Assembly: GCA_030704615.1 (NCBI GenBank)
Contig: CM060734.1
Coordinates: 20,708,001-20,772,000, forward strand
Direction of reading: 5' to 3'
Origin: Takakia lepidozioides
Lineage: Eukaryota; Plantae; Bryophyta
Length of the DNA: 64,000 bases
Part shown: piece by piece, positions 24,056 to 35,139 of the stretch
How positions within the stretch are numbered: the first letter of the stretch is position 1
Layout of the letters: each line of letters starts with the position of its first letter
Notes under the pieces: generated by a model
What the model was told of the DNA's origin: nothing
Database searches by the model: none
Seen by the model: only the letters and a program-made list of their open reading frames with translations
Made by a program: the position numbers and the translations under genes

Positions 24056-26880
24056 TGCAGATACCACTGCCAGGTTTGGTCAATCCTGCCATCGACATTC
24101 GGAAGGTGACATGGCGCACAATTACGCACATGGTCCTTCCAAGTTATGCCATCCCGACCCTCCAAGACCAAGACGCCTGAGGGCAAGACCTCTCGAACCC
24201 TCAAAATAACACGTCCTGCAGTCACATCCAAGGTCGTAGGAGCAGTCTGCTGCAGATAGACATAGTCACAGGGTTGAATCTCCGAACCCCAGGACGATAG
24301 CCCCCACCACGTATGGTAGCATACCTCAACGTATCACGGTGTTGTGCAATGGCAAGGTTCTCGAAAGCCATGGGCATGACTTTCTTGAACAACTCTGCAC
24401 GCTGCTCACATGCACGTGCCCACACGTCCGGATCGTCAAGGTTAAGAACTGTAGCAGCTTCTCTGCGAATGGATGTAGGCAAATCCGGCTCTCGGCCAAA
24501 GAGAAGAAAGTATGGTGAGAAGAGGCAAGTGATGCTTGCTTGCTGAACCTGTAGCCCATGGCTAACCAGGGTAACTGAAGGTCCCAATCTCCTAGGTGTC
24601 CCTTCTGCAAGCCATACTTGCGCAAACCCCTCTTTACTGTCTGAACAACTCTCTCTGCCAAGCCATCGGCCTCAGGATGATCCCGAGAAGTGGTGCGGTG
24701 GTCTATCAAGGCCTTGTCACACAAAGCCTGAAACTCCCCAAGAACTCTCTCCCTTGGTCCGTGAGTACCTCAGCTGGAGCACCGAATCGGCTAAGCACAC
24801 AATCCAAGAATGCATACGCAGCTCCCTCACTAGCCTTATCAGGCAATGGAACCAATTCAATCCACTTGGAGAAGTGCTCCACCATCACCAACACGTACTT
24901 GTTGTGGCGCATGGTCAGTGGCAACGGCCCTGCGAAGTCAAGACTCCACCTGTAGCCCAATCCCATGATCGGAAGAGGGTGCAATTGTGGAGTAGGGGCG
25001 TTGAATGAAGCACGCACCCTGTCACACACACCATGCACCTAGCCACAAATTGTTGCACCTCTGTGTGCATACCACGCCACCAATACTGCCCCTGCAGTAG
25101 ACTATGAGTGCGTCGCACCCCAAAATGCCCCAACTCCTCATGGGCATGCCGCACTAACCGTGCCCGCTGTGTTGGGTGAGGCACAATCCTCACTCGACCA
25201 TCCTCCCACACTCGGAGCAGGTGTGTCCCCTCCCACTTGAACCTCTTGGCTCGTTGTAGGATCCGATCCCTCTCCTTGGCAGTCACAGTGGCTGCAGTGT
25301 CTCCAGTGCGGAGGTAGTCCAACACAACTGAATCCTCATGTATATCTTTGGCGACGCCACCTTGCTCATTGTGCTGCCTCAGGTCCTCAACACTTGATCT
25401 ACAGTCATCCCTGTTGCAGGTCCAACCTGGCCTTCCACTGCCAAATACACAGAAATAATGCGATGCATGCCATCCGGGCACCATCTCCTCTCCGTCTCAC
25501 CATGCCACCGAGCTCCAGTGTCATCCTGCTGGCTCGTGCATGGATTGCGACTCAACCCATCTGCATTGCGATTGACAAAACCCGGTCGATGCACCACCTG
25601 AAAGTCATACTCTTGAAGGATGAGTGCCCACCGTGCAAGCTTCCCCGTAAGCTTGTCTGACTCCATCAACCACTTGAGTGGTTGGTGATCCGTGACAAGG
25701 GTGAAGAGATTGCCGTATATATAGCACCTGAAGTGTGCCACACGGCCCACACTGCAGCTAAGCATCTCCCTCATATGAGCTATACTTAGACTCTGCAGCA
25801 TTGTTTTCGGCTAGCATAAGCCACTACGAACTCTCTCCCTCATCATCCACCTGTGTGAGCACCGCTCCAAGCCCCAGCATGCTCCAATCTGTTTGCAGCT
25901 GAAAAGGACGCCCCCTGAATAGGTCGTCTCAAGATGGGCGCCGAGGTCAACCTTGCCTTGAGCTCTTGAAAAGCTTGTTCTTGCTCATCTTCCCACTGCC
26001 ACTCCCTGGTCCACCTTGGTCAGCTTGGTTAGAGCCTTTGCAATGGCACTAAATCCCTTAACAACCGTCTGTAATAGTTTGCTAACCCCATGAAAGCTCG
26101 AACTCGGCTCACATCCGTGGGGCGTGGAACCTGTGCAATGGACTCTACCTTAGTCTGCTGTACCCCAATCCTCCAGGATATATCATGTGACCCAGATACT
26201 CAATCTGGTTGTGGAAAACTTGCACTTTCCCGGATGTAACTTCAATCCGTGCGCCCTCAAGCGCTCAAATACCCCCTGAAGGTGTCTCTCATGCTCCTCC
26301 ACCACCGTAGCACTAAGATGATGATGTCATCTATGTAGCACGAGCAAACTCCACCCCTGCTAGAATCCTGTCCATGACTCTTTGAAACTCAGCGGAGCGT
26401 TTTTAGCCCAAATGGTAAGAACCGCCACTGGTATAGGCAATCCTTCCCGTGCTCATTGATCCCCCAGAATGCCGTCTTTTGCTTTTGCTTATCCGCCTCC
26501 TTGATCGGCAACTGGTGATATCCGGATCGTAAATCCAACGTGCTAAAGACCTTGGAATGCCCAATGGCATCAAAGATCTCCTCTGGTGTCGGCATGGCAT
26601 ACCTATCGGACTTGGTCTGACGATTTATAGGCCGGTAATCACCGCACATACGTCTCTCCGTCAATTGCCATAGACATCCTTCTTGGCTGGCATCAACTGT
26701 GGCTGAAGCATACTCTCCACCAGAGAGCTCCACCAAACCTGCCTCCCAGAGATCTTGAGTCCTCATCTGAATCAAAGACCTCTCCATGTCACTGTATCTA
26801 TAGGGTCTCCGAAAGATTGGCGTGTCAGTGGCCAACTCAATACGGATCTCTTGACCCTTCAGTGCTCCCAAGTCCTTCAA
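24056..26880 (-). pseudogene. pol: Element C RT - RNase H - integrase (frameshifted)
   Basis: RT LDLRSGYHQL, PFGLK, CYIDDII (~26320-26340). RH FQLQTDWS, TDHQPLKWL...GKLARWAL. INT HEELGHFG...CMVC, SLDFAGPL, TDQGREF, GLAERVVQTVKRGL. Confidence 0.93.
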
Positions 26881-27319
26881 ACTGAAGGCAAAGCAATTCT
26901 GTAAGCCCTCAGGAACCGCCGTATACGTCGTCTCTCTCCTCCGGTGACAATGGGTCCAATGTCAGGCTCCCAATTGTCCTCCGTAACTGCAACCTTAAGT
27001 CCAGTGGGCTTAGAGGTAGAGGACGCGTCCCGTGGTTGCTATGCTGCACCTCTTGAGCAGTACCCCCCTTCCTCAGTCAATGACAAGGCCTCATCCTGCC
27101 CCCATCATCTCATCATTGAGAACCTCCTCATCCCGAGAAGAATCCCCAACCTCATCCATCACAGCTGCCTTGGCTGCCAACTCCCTCTGAACCTCGAGCA
27201 CCTCCCACGTGTGCCATGGATGTCTACACCCCGTGGTCCTCACCGGCTCGCCCCCACTCGCTGCCTGTACCGTCTCGGTAGGCAGAGAGGTCAAGGGAAG
27301 TGCACTCCGCACTCTACGT

Positions 27320-28260
27320 TGCTCAGCCATAGCCAAGCTGATAATCCAGGTCAAGCAATTGAGATCCATTGCTTGCCCCAACACCTGACGACGTGATGCC
27401 TGAGAAAGAGAAGGCACCGCCGTGGTCCCAGTGGAAAATCCCCATAGCCCGCTCTCGCTCGTCGGCATTAGGCTCCACTAACTGCTGCAACTGAGCATCC
27501 ACAGAGGCCAGGTCCACCATCCCGAAAAGCATGGGATCCTGGGAAGCTGAGCAGTGTAGGTAATGCTGCTCGTGGTTGACCCACCCTGTTGACCACTGCC
27601 AAAGGCGAACGGTCATCGTGTCTCACACGTTGAGACTGCCTCCCTGTGTCCAAAATGCCATCCACGGTGAGGTGTGCTGCCGCTGCACCCCATCAAATGC
27701 ACGCTTGAGCAGTGCGGGTGGCATCAAGTTAGTCCACCAAATCGTGGACGATGAGCCCGTGACCCCACTGCAGCTGCATCCAGCAACACTGCTGACCCAG
27801 CCACGACCGGACTTGATGCACACTGGCCATCACCCTGGCCCGAGAATCACCCATCAGTGGCACATTCTCCAAGATGTATGCTGAGATACAGCTTGATGAA
27901 GCTGCAGTGGCGCAAAATCCGCACCATCTCCCAAAACAGACTTGTCCTCGAGTCTCGCAATCCATTGCCATGTCCGGCTGATGAATGCCCTTGGCAGGGC
28001 CAACCTGCCACTACCAGATCAATGGAGCCAACCCGCTCCAAATCCTGCGCCCCCAACAACGCAATGTCTGCTGCAAGGCCTGCTGATATCACGAACTGCA
28101 GACATCGGCAACAAACAGGGTACTGCTGTACCATTGAGCAACATGGCGCAGTGAGACGCGTCGTGCAGTCTCATCCCTCTCCACATACAGTAACGCAACA
28201 CACCTGCCTGCCACTGCAGCCAATCCAGTGCTGATCCCGCCAAACAAGTCCAGAAGGCAT
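27320..28260 (-). pseudogene. DNMT3-like C5-cytosine DNA methyltransferase domain embedded in pol between PR and RT (frameshifted)
   Basis: Motifs in canonical order: I LLDLFGGISTGL; II YVERD; IV IDLVVAGWPCQG; GLRDSRTSLFWE; VI YILENV; VIII LLDAAAVGSRAHRPR/WWTNL; IX-X ERERAMG/FSTGTT...SRRQVLGQAM. Confidence 0.92.
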
Positions 28261-28699
28261 GCGTTCATCCGGGCACTGCCACACAAGAGGTGTGGTGTCC
28301 AATGGCGACAACTGAGGTGGTCCTGGTGCAATCCCCACACTCTCCTCCTCTCCTGACGGTACAAAAGCCTCTACCCAGGCTTGTTGCACCCGTCGATCAG
28401 CAACCTGCTGCAAATCCTTGCTCGTACCCCACAATGGAGTGTGAGCAACCATGGCAGGCAACTCCGCCATACCATGCATGTCATCCTCCTGCTCTGCTGG
28501 AGGTGGCACATCCTTTGCATGGGCATTGCCTTCCAGCAACTCTCCGGCCAACTAACTGCAGCTGTAAAGGCGGCTAGTGTTGGCATCTTGCCCGTTGGGC
28601 AGCCGCAATACCCCCAATGAATGTCACAGGGAGCTGTGCACGACGACCATCCCCTGACTGCCATCCAGGCCTGTAGAATGCTGACTCCTCCCAAAAGTC

Positions 28700-31168
28700 C
28701 AGGGTGAAGCCCATGGGGTATAACACTGCCCCACCAACGAGGACATCGTAAGAGACCCGTCTGTCACATGGCCTTGGCTCGCATTACTGAGCCATCGTAG
28801 GATGATCCGGCTGCAGTCTAATGGCCAACTGATGCCGTGTCATGCCCCGAGCCTGCTCTGATCCTCCCAGATGTCTGTATCTGGAAAGGACAAGGCTCCA
28901 TATCCGCCTCCATGAGGCCCAAACCTGCAATAGCAGCTCTGCCCAACATCAGTGGCTGAGCTCCCGAGTCCAACAAGACCCGCAGTGGCCGGTACTTCTT
29001 GCCTGCCGGTCCACTCAAAGAGAAAATGTCATCCTGGTTGTCTAACAAGACAACTCCAGGTGTCACCATGGCGCGCTCAAAGGCTGGCCTAGCTGGCAGC
29101 TCCGTCAACCTGGCAGCTGCAGCTTGCCATGGCGCAGCCGTGGCAGTCTTGACCCTCAAATCCGAGGATCCCTCTGCCACTACACCTTCCAGTAACTCCG
29201 CAGAAGATGAAGTGACCTCCCCCCCACTTTCACAGAGTGTTGCTGCTAGTCTGAACACTGCAGCTGGTCTTACCCCCGGCGTCGCAATCATGGTTGCCGA
29301 GAACAGTGGGGCTTGACACACAGAGGTGGCTGCCCCCAACAACACACCGGCTGCACTAGCCTTGGCAGCAGGTGTCAGTGCTGCACGTGTAGCTCTCCCC
29401 AATGGCATAGTAACCTCCGCCTCGGTAACAGTCGGGCGAGAACTAGGTGCCATGGATGGCGTCGACACTGTCTGTCTCGCCAATGTGAATGACTGAGGAA
29501 GCCTCGCCTGACGGCTTGCCTCCCCACGTTGTGGATCCAACTCCACCTCTGCACCTCGTGGCTCAGGAACTCGTGCTGCTCCTCGAGTCACGGCTGCAGC
29601 AGACTCCACCTGCTCTAGTGGTAGTGCTGCTCCGCACATAATCCCATGCTCCCATATCTCCTCCTCAGGAGCAGGAGGTGGACCATCCCGCCTGGGAGCC
29701 GGTACCGCCTGAGCTATAGCCATGGCAGCGAGCCTCTGCTCTAGCTGCTGAAGCCGGTTGGCCATGCCTTGGTCAACACCCTGACCTCCGCGTCCTTGGC
29801 CATGTTGAGCTTGCCCTGCACCTCGTGCCCGACCACCTCGTCCTCTCTGGGCTGGTCCACCTCGCCCCCGGCACCATTGTTCCCTTGGAACTGGCCTGGG
29901 TGCAACTCAGGATGCAAGTCATAACACTGGGCATCTCCATGCCCATACTTGCCACAATGCCCACACTGCAACTGTGCAGGTTGTGCTTGTGCCGGCCTTC
30001 TGCCACTCTCTGGGCAATCTCTCTTGACATGGGGTCCTCCACATGTCCAACATATCACCCCTGGTTGCTGTTGGCCTGCAAAAGATGCCATGGGCCTCTG
30101 CACCTGAGGTCCCCTGTAAGCTCCATGGAACTTGGGTTGGGAAACCTTGCCCCCCTGACCACGCTATTGGGCAGTCCCTTGTGCCTGTGGGCTGGCAGCT
30201 GCGCCTCGTGCAGGCATGTCCTTGCCAAATCCAATGGTAACAACTCGCTCCTCCACCATGTTGAGCTCAATCCGCTCAGCCAGCAGAAACACATCTGCTA
30301 ATGTGGGTTGGGCTGCTTGTAACAGGGTTGCATCCCGCACCCTTCTCCTGAGCTCCTTGTCCAAAATGCCATACCAGAACTGGATTGCCTGAGCTTCAGT
30401 AACCCCTTGGGTCACACTTATCAAGCGCCTCATACGAGTGTACGCCTCTCGCAGGCTCTCATTGGGTTTGCGCTGGAAGTCTTGCAAACTTCGCAGCTTC
30501 TCTGTCCGTACACCTTGGTAGTTCCTCCGCAACTCCTGGAAGAACTCCACCACCGGGCTGAATCTAGGCACATGTGTTGTGGTCGTGGGAGGATGAGTAG
30601 TGGCACCTTCTGCAGAAGTACTGGCACTACTTGTTCCACTACTAGTGCTAGCTGTGGAAGGTATTGGTGCTGATGCCACTACTGGTCGCGTTGTTCCTCG
30701 AGTAATGGAGACGTGGTCAGGTGACCAATACATCCTCCACTCTTCAATTTCTGCTTCATGTCCTCGCCTGAACTCGTGTTAATCGTCCATAGGCGGGCCT
30801 TCCAAATGCTGGAACAATCCCTTCCACATGAATGGGGTGAACAGCTGTGGATTGCGCATCTGCTGCAAATCACACCAACTGTCGAACTCCTGGATAAAGT
30901 CATCCAGCTCGATTGTGCCCACAGCTCCAGAGTATCTGCGAGGTCCCTTGGTAGCTCCATACATCTCCTCCATGTCGTCCCACAACAATGGCGAAGAAAA
31001 CTGCACACTTGTTGACGAAACCTCCGGGTCTGTGTCAGACTCTACAGTAGTTGAGGGTGGTGGTGAAGGTGGTCTGAACCGAATACCTTGTCTTGTGAAC
31101 CCACTCTCACTGTTACTGCCTGTAGCCGTACTCCCCCTCAAAACCCTTGGGTAACTCCGTGATGACAC
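28700..31168 (-). pseudogene. gag: Element C gag and aspartic protease
   Basis: IELDDFIQEFDSWC capsid-like region; zinc knuckles CWTCGGPHVKRDC and CGHCGKYGHGDAQC; protease VLLDSGAQ (~28960-28985). Confidence 0.9.
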
Positions 31169-33690
31169 TCACAATGTGCACCTCCCCCACGTGACACTAT
31201 AAGGCTCTAGTACTATTTCTAATGGTGACATGGGTGGGCACCTGTTGCAGTTTAAGGGTCATATCCCACTGGCTCAGGGCACCTGCACCTGCATCCACCG
31301 CAAGAACTCCTATGGTTGGCTGGTCATCAACCCAGTCTCACCATAGAAGAAACACTGGTGGTCTTGCTGGTCATCACTCCAGCCTCACCCACCGACAGCA
31401 TACTCTAGGATTGACCGGTGATCAAATCCGGCCTAATCCCTATGAAAGCAAGCGCCCACACAAAACCAACATGGCGCACAGTCAAGCATACAGGTGTTGG
31501 GGGGATCCAAACACAAGAAATCAAAACATCAACACCCCCCACCCAAAATCCAGCTGCAATGCTGATCCTGTAGAATAGCCCAACCCAAAACCCTGGACTG
31601 ACTGGCCTCCACCAAGAGAGGCTTTGGCAACTACAAGTACAAGGTAATGAAAATAGTACAGTGATGGAGGGGAAGAATAGAAGCCCGACCAAGCAAGATC
31701 TAATCTTGATCTATGCTATCAACTGCCAGACTTCTCTCAAAGTGCCTCGTCTGCATGATGGTAAGGTGTAGGAGGTATATCTATGTCCAGAAACCTGCCA
31801 CTAACCTTGTCCCAAGCTACAGTAGCTCGCTCTAACCAACCCTCCTCCTCTTTCTGCCAGGTAGAGACAAAGCAATACTCCCCTATCTCCCGCTCACTGA
31901 ACACTAAAGAAACAAAGGTAGGGTCTGATAGTCTCTCAACTCGAAAACTTTGAGACGGTTGCGGGTGTCCTCATTGCAAATGATTGCATTTCCTTCACGC
32001 ACAACAAACATGTCATTGCTAATGAACCCCCGCTCGTGGTTGCTCTGTGTAGAGCGTATCCGGCTGCAACCATGTCTGATTGCACAAACTTGTGTAGCTC
32101 CTGCTTCTCTGCTCCAGTACACCACGGCCTTGTGGCTGAACACCTTGTCCCCGGGGCTGTCTTTGGCTGTGTTCCAAGCCTAGCTTCACACCACTTTGGT
32201 ATTTCACCTACAGCTGCAGAACTACTGGCTCCAACAGAGTTCTGACTGTCCAAGGCGATATTGAGGCCCTCAATGCCAACTACAGCAGTCTGTTGTCTAC
32301 TGCTAATGCCTGACTCCCAGTATGCAATCAACTCGTCCAACTGTTCTCCACTCAAATCAGTCTGAGTTCCTTGGGAAACATAAATCTTGTCCCCTTGGGT
32401 GCACAGGCTAAGAGAAGAGACCTACCCTTCAATTACGTCCTCATTTCCCCCAGCCATACAAGGAGTACATCCCCAGATTTATCTCTCATGTAGACCAGAA
32501 CAGGTTCTAGAAACAGGATTGTGGATCTTTCATGGCACACTCACACTCTAAAAATTCCATAGATTTTTAGCAGAGTCCCAAAAAAAACAAAAACCAGGTG
32601 TAGATAGGTAGATATCCCTTTTCTGCAGCTATCCCCCCAAAAACTGAGTCAAACAGAGCTCATTTGACAAAGATATGACCAACTAGGCTCTTTAAACATA
32701 ACACCTTTTTCTTTTCTTTTCCCTTTTTAAAAAAAATAAAAAAAAGACAAAACAAATACAAAGAAAACTCCTTTTTCTTTTTCTTTTTCAATACTTGTCT
32801 TGGTTCCCTGTTCCCTGGTTATCTACGGGTTCCCGAGGCCGTTCCCCTCCAGGTCTATGCAAAATCAAGCTGGTGCCGACAATGCTCAAGTACTGAGGCA
32901 CTCAGGATTGAAGACCCAAAGTGCTTCTATCTCGTCTCACCAACAGCCGACTCTACTGCCCGACTCTACTGCCTGCAGCAGCTCTCTCACCAGCAGGGCT
33001 TGTACCCGCAGGCCCTTGTCTCAAGCGATTCTCCAGCACCATCAACAACGAAGGCAGCTCGTACTCCGAATCACCGAATCCTCGAAGGCGCCAGCTCTCA
33101 ACCCCCACTGCAATTGTGGATGGGCTACCAGGTGCTCCAACAGCATGCGCTGGACATGGAACCAGCTTCAAAACGTCCAACTCCAAGCCTCGTTAAAGGG
33201 TCCAAAGCGCCTCGTTTATCTACAATGAAGGTGCACACCCTTTTGCAACCCTCAACGCAGCAGTGACATGCTCCCTTCCACTGGCCATCAGTATTTTTCT
33301 CACCTCTGCAGTGACACCCCACCTGCCAGTTGCATCATGAATCCAGAGCTTCTCCTCGTCTCTGTTTTCGGTTTTTGGATTTCTGCCTACAATCCCATAG
33401 GCAATTGAATGTTGAAACACTTCGGGCGACCATAGATCTCCCCATGGAGCAGATGGCGTGCTGCTTATATCTATAAGCTGCGAGCTTGGAGTGGTCTCAG
33501 AAAACCAACAAAATGCGGCTCAGCAGCCAGCCTCCTCAGAACAAGCCAACCCTGCCAAGTAGCTTCAATGCACTAGGAGAAACCTTAGAACACGGTGTTT
33601 TTCATGCCCTACTTAGGAGGAACAAAACAAACCTACAATACCGGCAGTAAGCGCCACTGTTGTGGCGCGGACAAACTCCTTCACGGCAGC

Positions 33691-33982
33691 GGACGGCTGG
33701 ACATGCTCGACGCGCACATGGATGCGCTTCCGAATGATCCTGGGACCAACCTGCTTATTAACAACTACACCAACAGCCTGCTTGGTGACAGACGATACCA
33801 GTGCGGCCATGGTAGAACTTGTGGGGCATGCCCTTGTGCACAGCGCCATTCACCTTGATGTCCACATAATCTCCAATCCTGTAGTTTCTCAGATACGTGG
33901 TCAAGTGAATGTACCCCTTTTGCCTGAATGGCCGCGAGAACAGATCCCTGGTGCGCGATCGCAATCCATGACCTGCCGGCAT
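33691..33982 (-). pseudogene. RPL21: Captured, intronless 5' part of 60S ribosomal protein L21 (eL21) inside the element C leader
   Basis: [62 protein letters not shown], then a frameshift, then [33 protein letters not shown]; truncated at the C-terminus. Confidence 0.95.
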
Positions 33983-34612
33983 GGCTCGTGCCTTCCCTCT
34001 CTCACCGCCGCTGCACATTGACACATTCATGCGAGAAACTCCAAGTGCATAAAAGCTTGGACAGGCTCATTCATGGGAGAGTGCTTGCAAGTCACGGTGG
34101 ACTCAATCTGAAGCCACACAATGAGCAATATACAGCATGTCCAAAATCAAAGATGCCGAACAGGTTTGTGCGTAACTAGAGCAGCTCCGTGCAGCTGGTG
34201 GGTGCACTAAAGGCTGGCAATGAAGGAGCACAGGAAGCAGCACTTGAGGCTTTGTTCCTCCTACTACGTCAAGCCTGGTCCTCCAGTCCTGCCGAGGTGG
34301 GAAAAGCACAAGCCATAGCAGCGGCATAAGCCATTCTTATGCTGCAACTGTTGATGAGGACAGGCCCCCCACGCTTTCAGGACAAGGCAGACAGCCTGTT
34401 GCAGTGCATGCCAGGAAGACGAGAATATTGTTAGCTTTGAACTGCTGCAGCGACACTTTGAGTGTTTCCCGTCTTCCTGTTATGCTCCCTAGGCTAGCCA
34501 GTCTAACTGCAGGCTCTCGTAACCAAGCTATATTATAGTTTTTAAAAGAACGTCACATCTAGCTTAGCACTAGAAACTAGATCATTTTCATCTATCTCGA
34601 GTGATAAACAAG

Positions 34613-34957
34613 CTAAGAAAACACACTGTTCACACAAGGAACAACATGAATCCAACAACATCACTCGTTAAAACAGAAGTCGAGCCAGGGGCACCCCAAG
34701 CTGTGGGGACTCCACCCCACAACAACCTACACTCCCATCATGAGCACACTCAGTCCTAAACGCATGAAGGAGCTCGGTCGCGCAGGCTCAACTTGAGAGA
34801 GATGAGCTGCGCGACTGCCGCTCTCGTGAAGATAAGACGGTTCAGGTGTCAAACTAAACTTGACACCTGATTTAACACTTGACCTAAATCCAAGTGTTAA
34901 ACACAAATAACTAGCTTTATTCTAGTTGTTTTCACACTATGCTTATTTAACTTGATA
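34613..34957 (-). repeat. 5' terminal repeat A1 of element C
   Basis: Matches 23215-23556; lacks the B segment; not followed by a TGG tRNA PBS. Confidence 0.95.
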
Positions 34958-35139
34958 TCTATAGTAGTTGTGGCAATGTTCTGCACTTGCAGTCTAAGCT
35001 CATTCATCTCGCTTTGGGTGAGCTTTCGTGGTGCTTTGCCCTCCACCGGCCCTTGTGCTAACCAGACCTTCATAGGTGGTTATCCACCAAGTTGCTTGTG
35101 GCACCCTGAGAGTCTGCTCCTCTGTGAGCCTGTACACAT

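Larger units (their letters stand above)
23138..34957 (-). mobile_element. Element C: Ty3/Gypsy-type retrotransposon with a DNMT3-like methyltransferase and a PHD finger, bounded by split direct repeats
   Basis: Ends TGTCG (23138) and TTGATA (34957; TTGACA in the internal copy), 4-bp TSD TCTA on both sides. Domain order gag, PR, DNMT, RT, RH, INT, PHD. Repeats A1 34613-34957, B1 23559-23637, A2 23215-23556, B2 23138-23216. Confidence 0.9.

Noticed and set aside
23138-34957. Element C as a DIRS/Ngaro tyrosine-recombinase element
   Set aside because: It has a clear HHCC-DDE integrase, TG/CA ends and a TSD. No R-H-R-Y recombinase ORF is visible, including in the leader.
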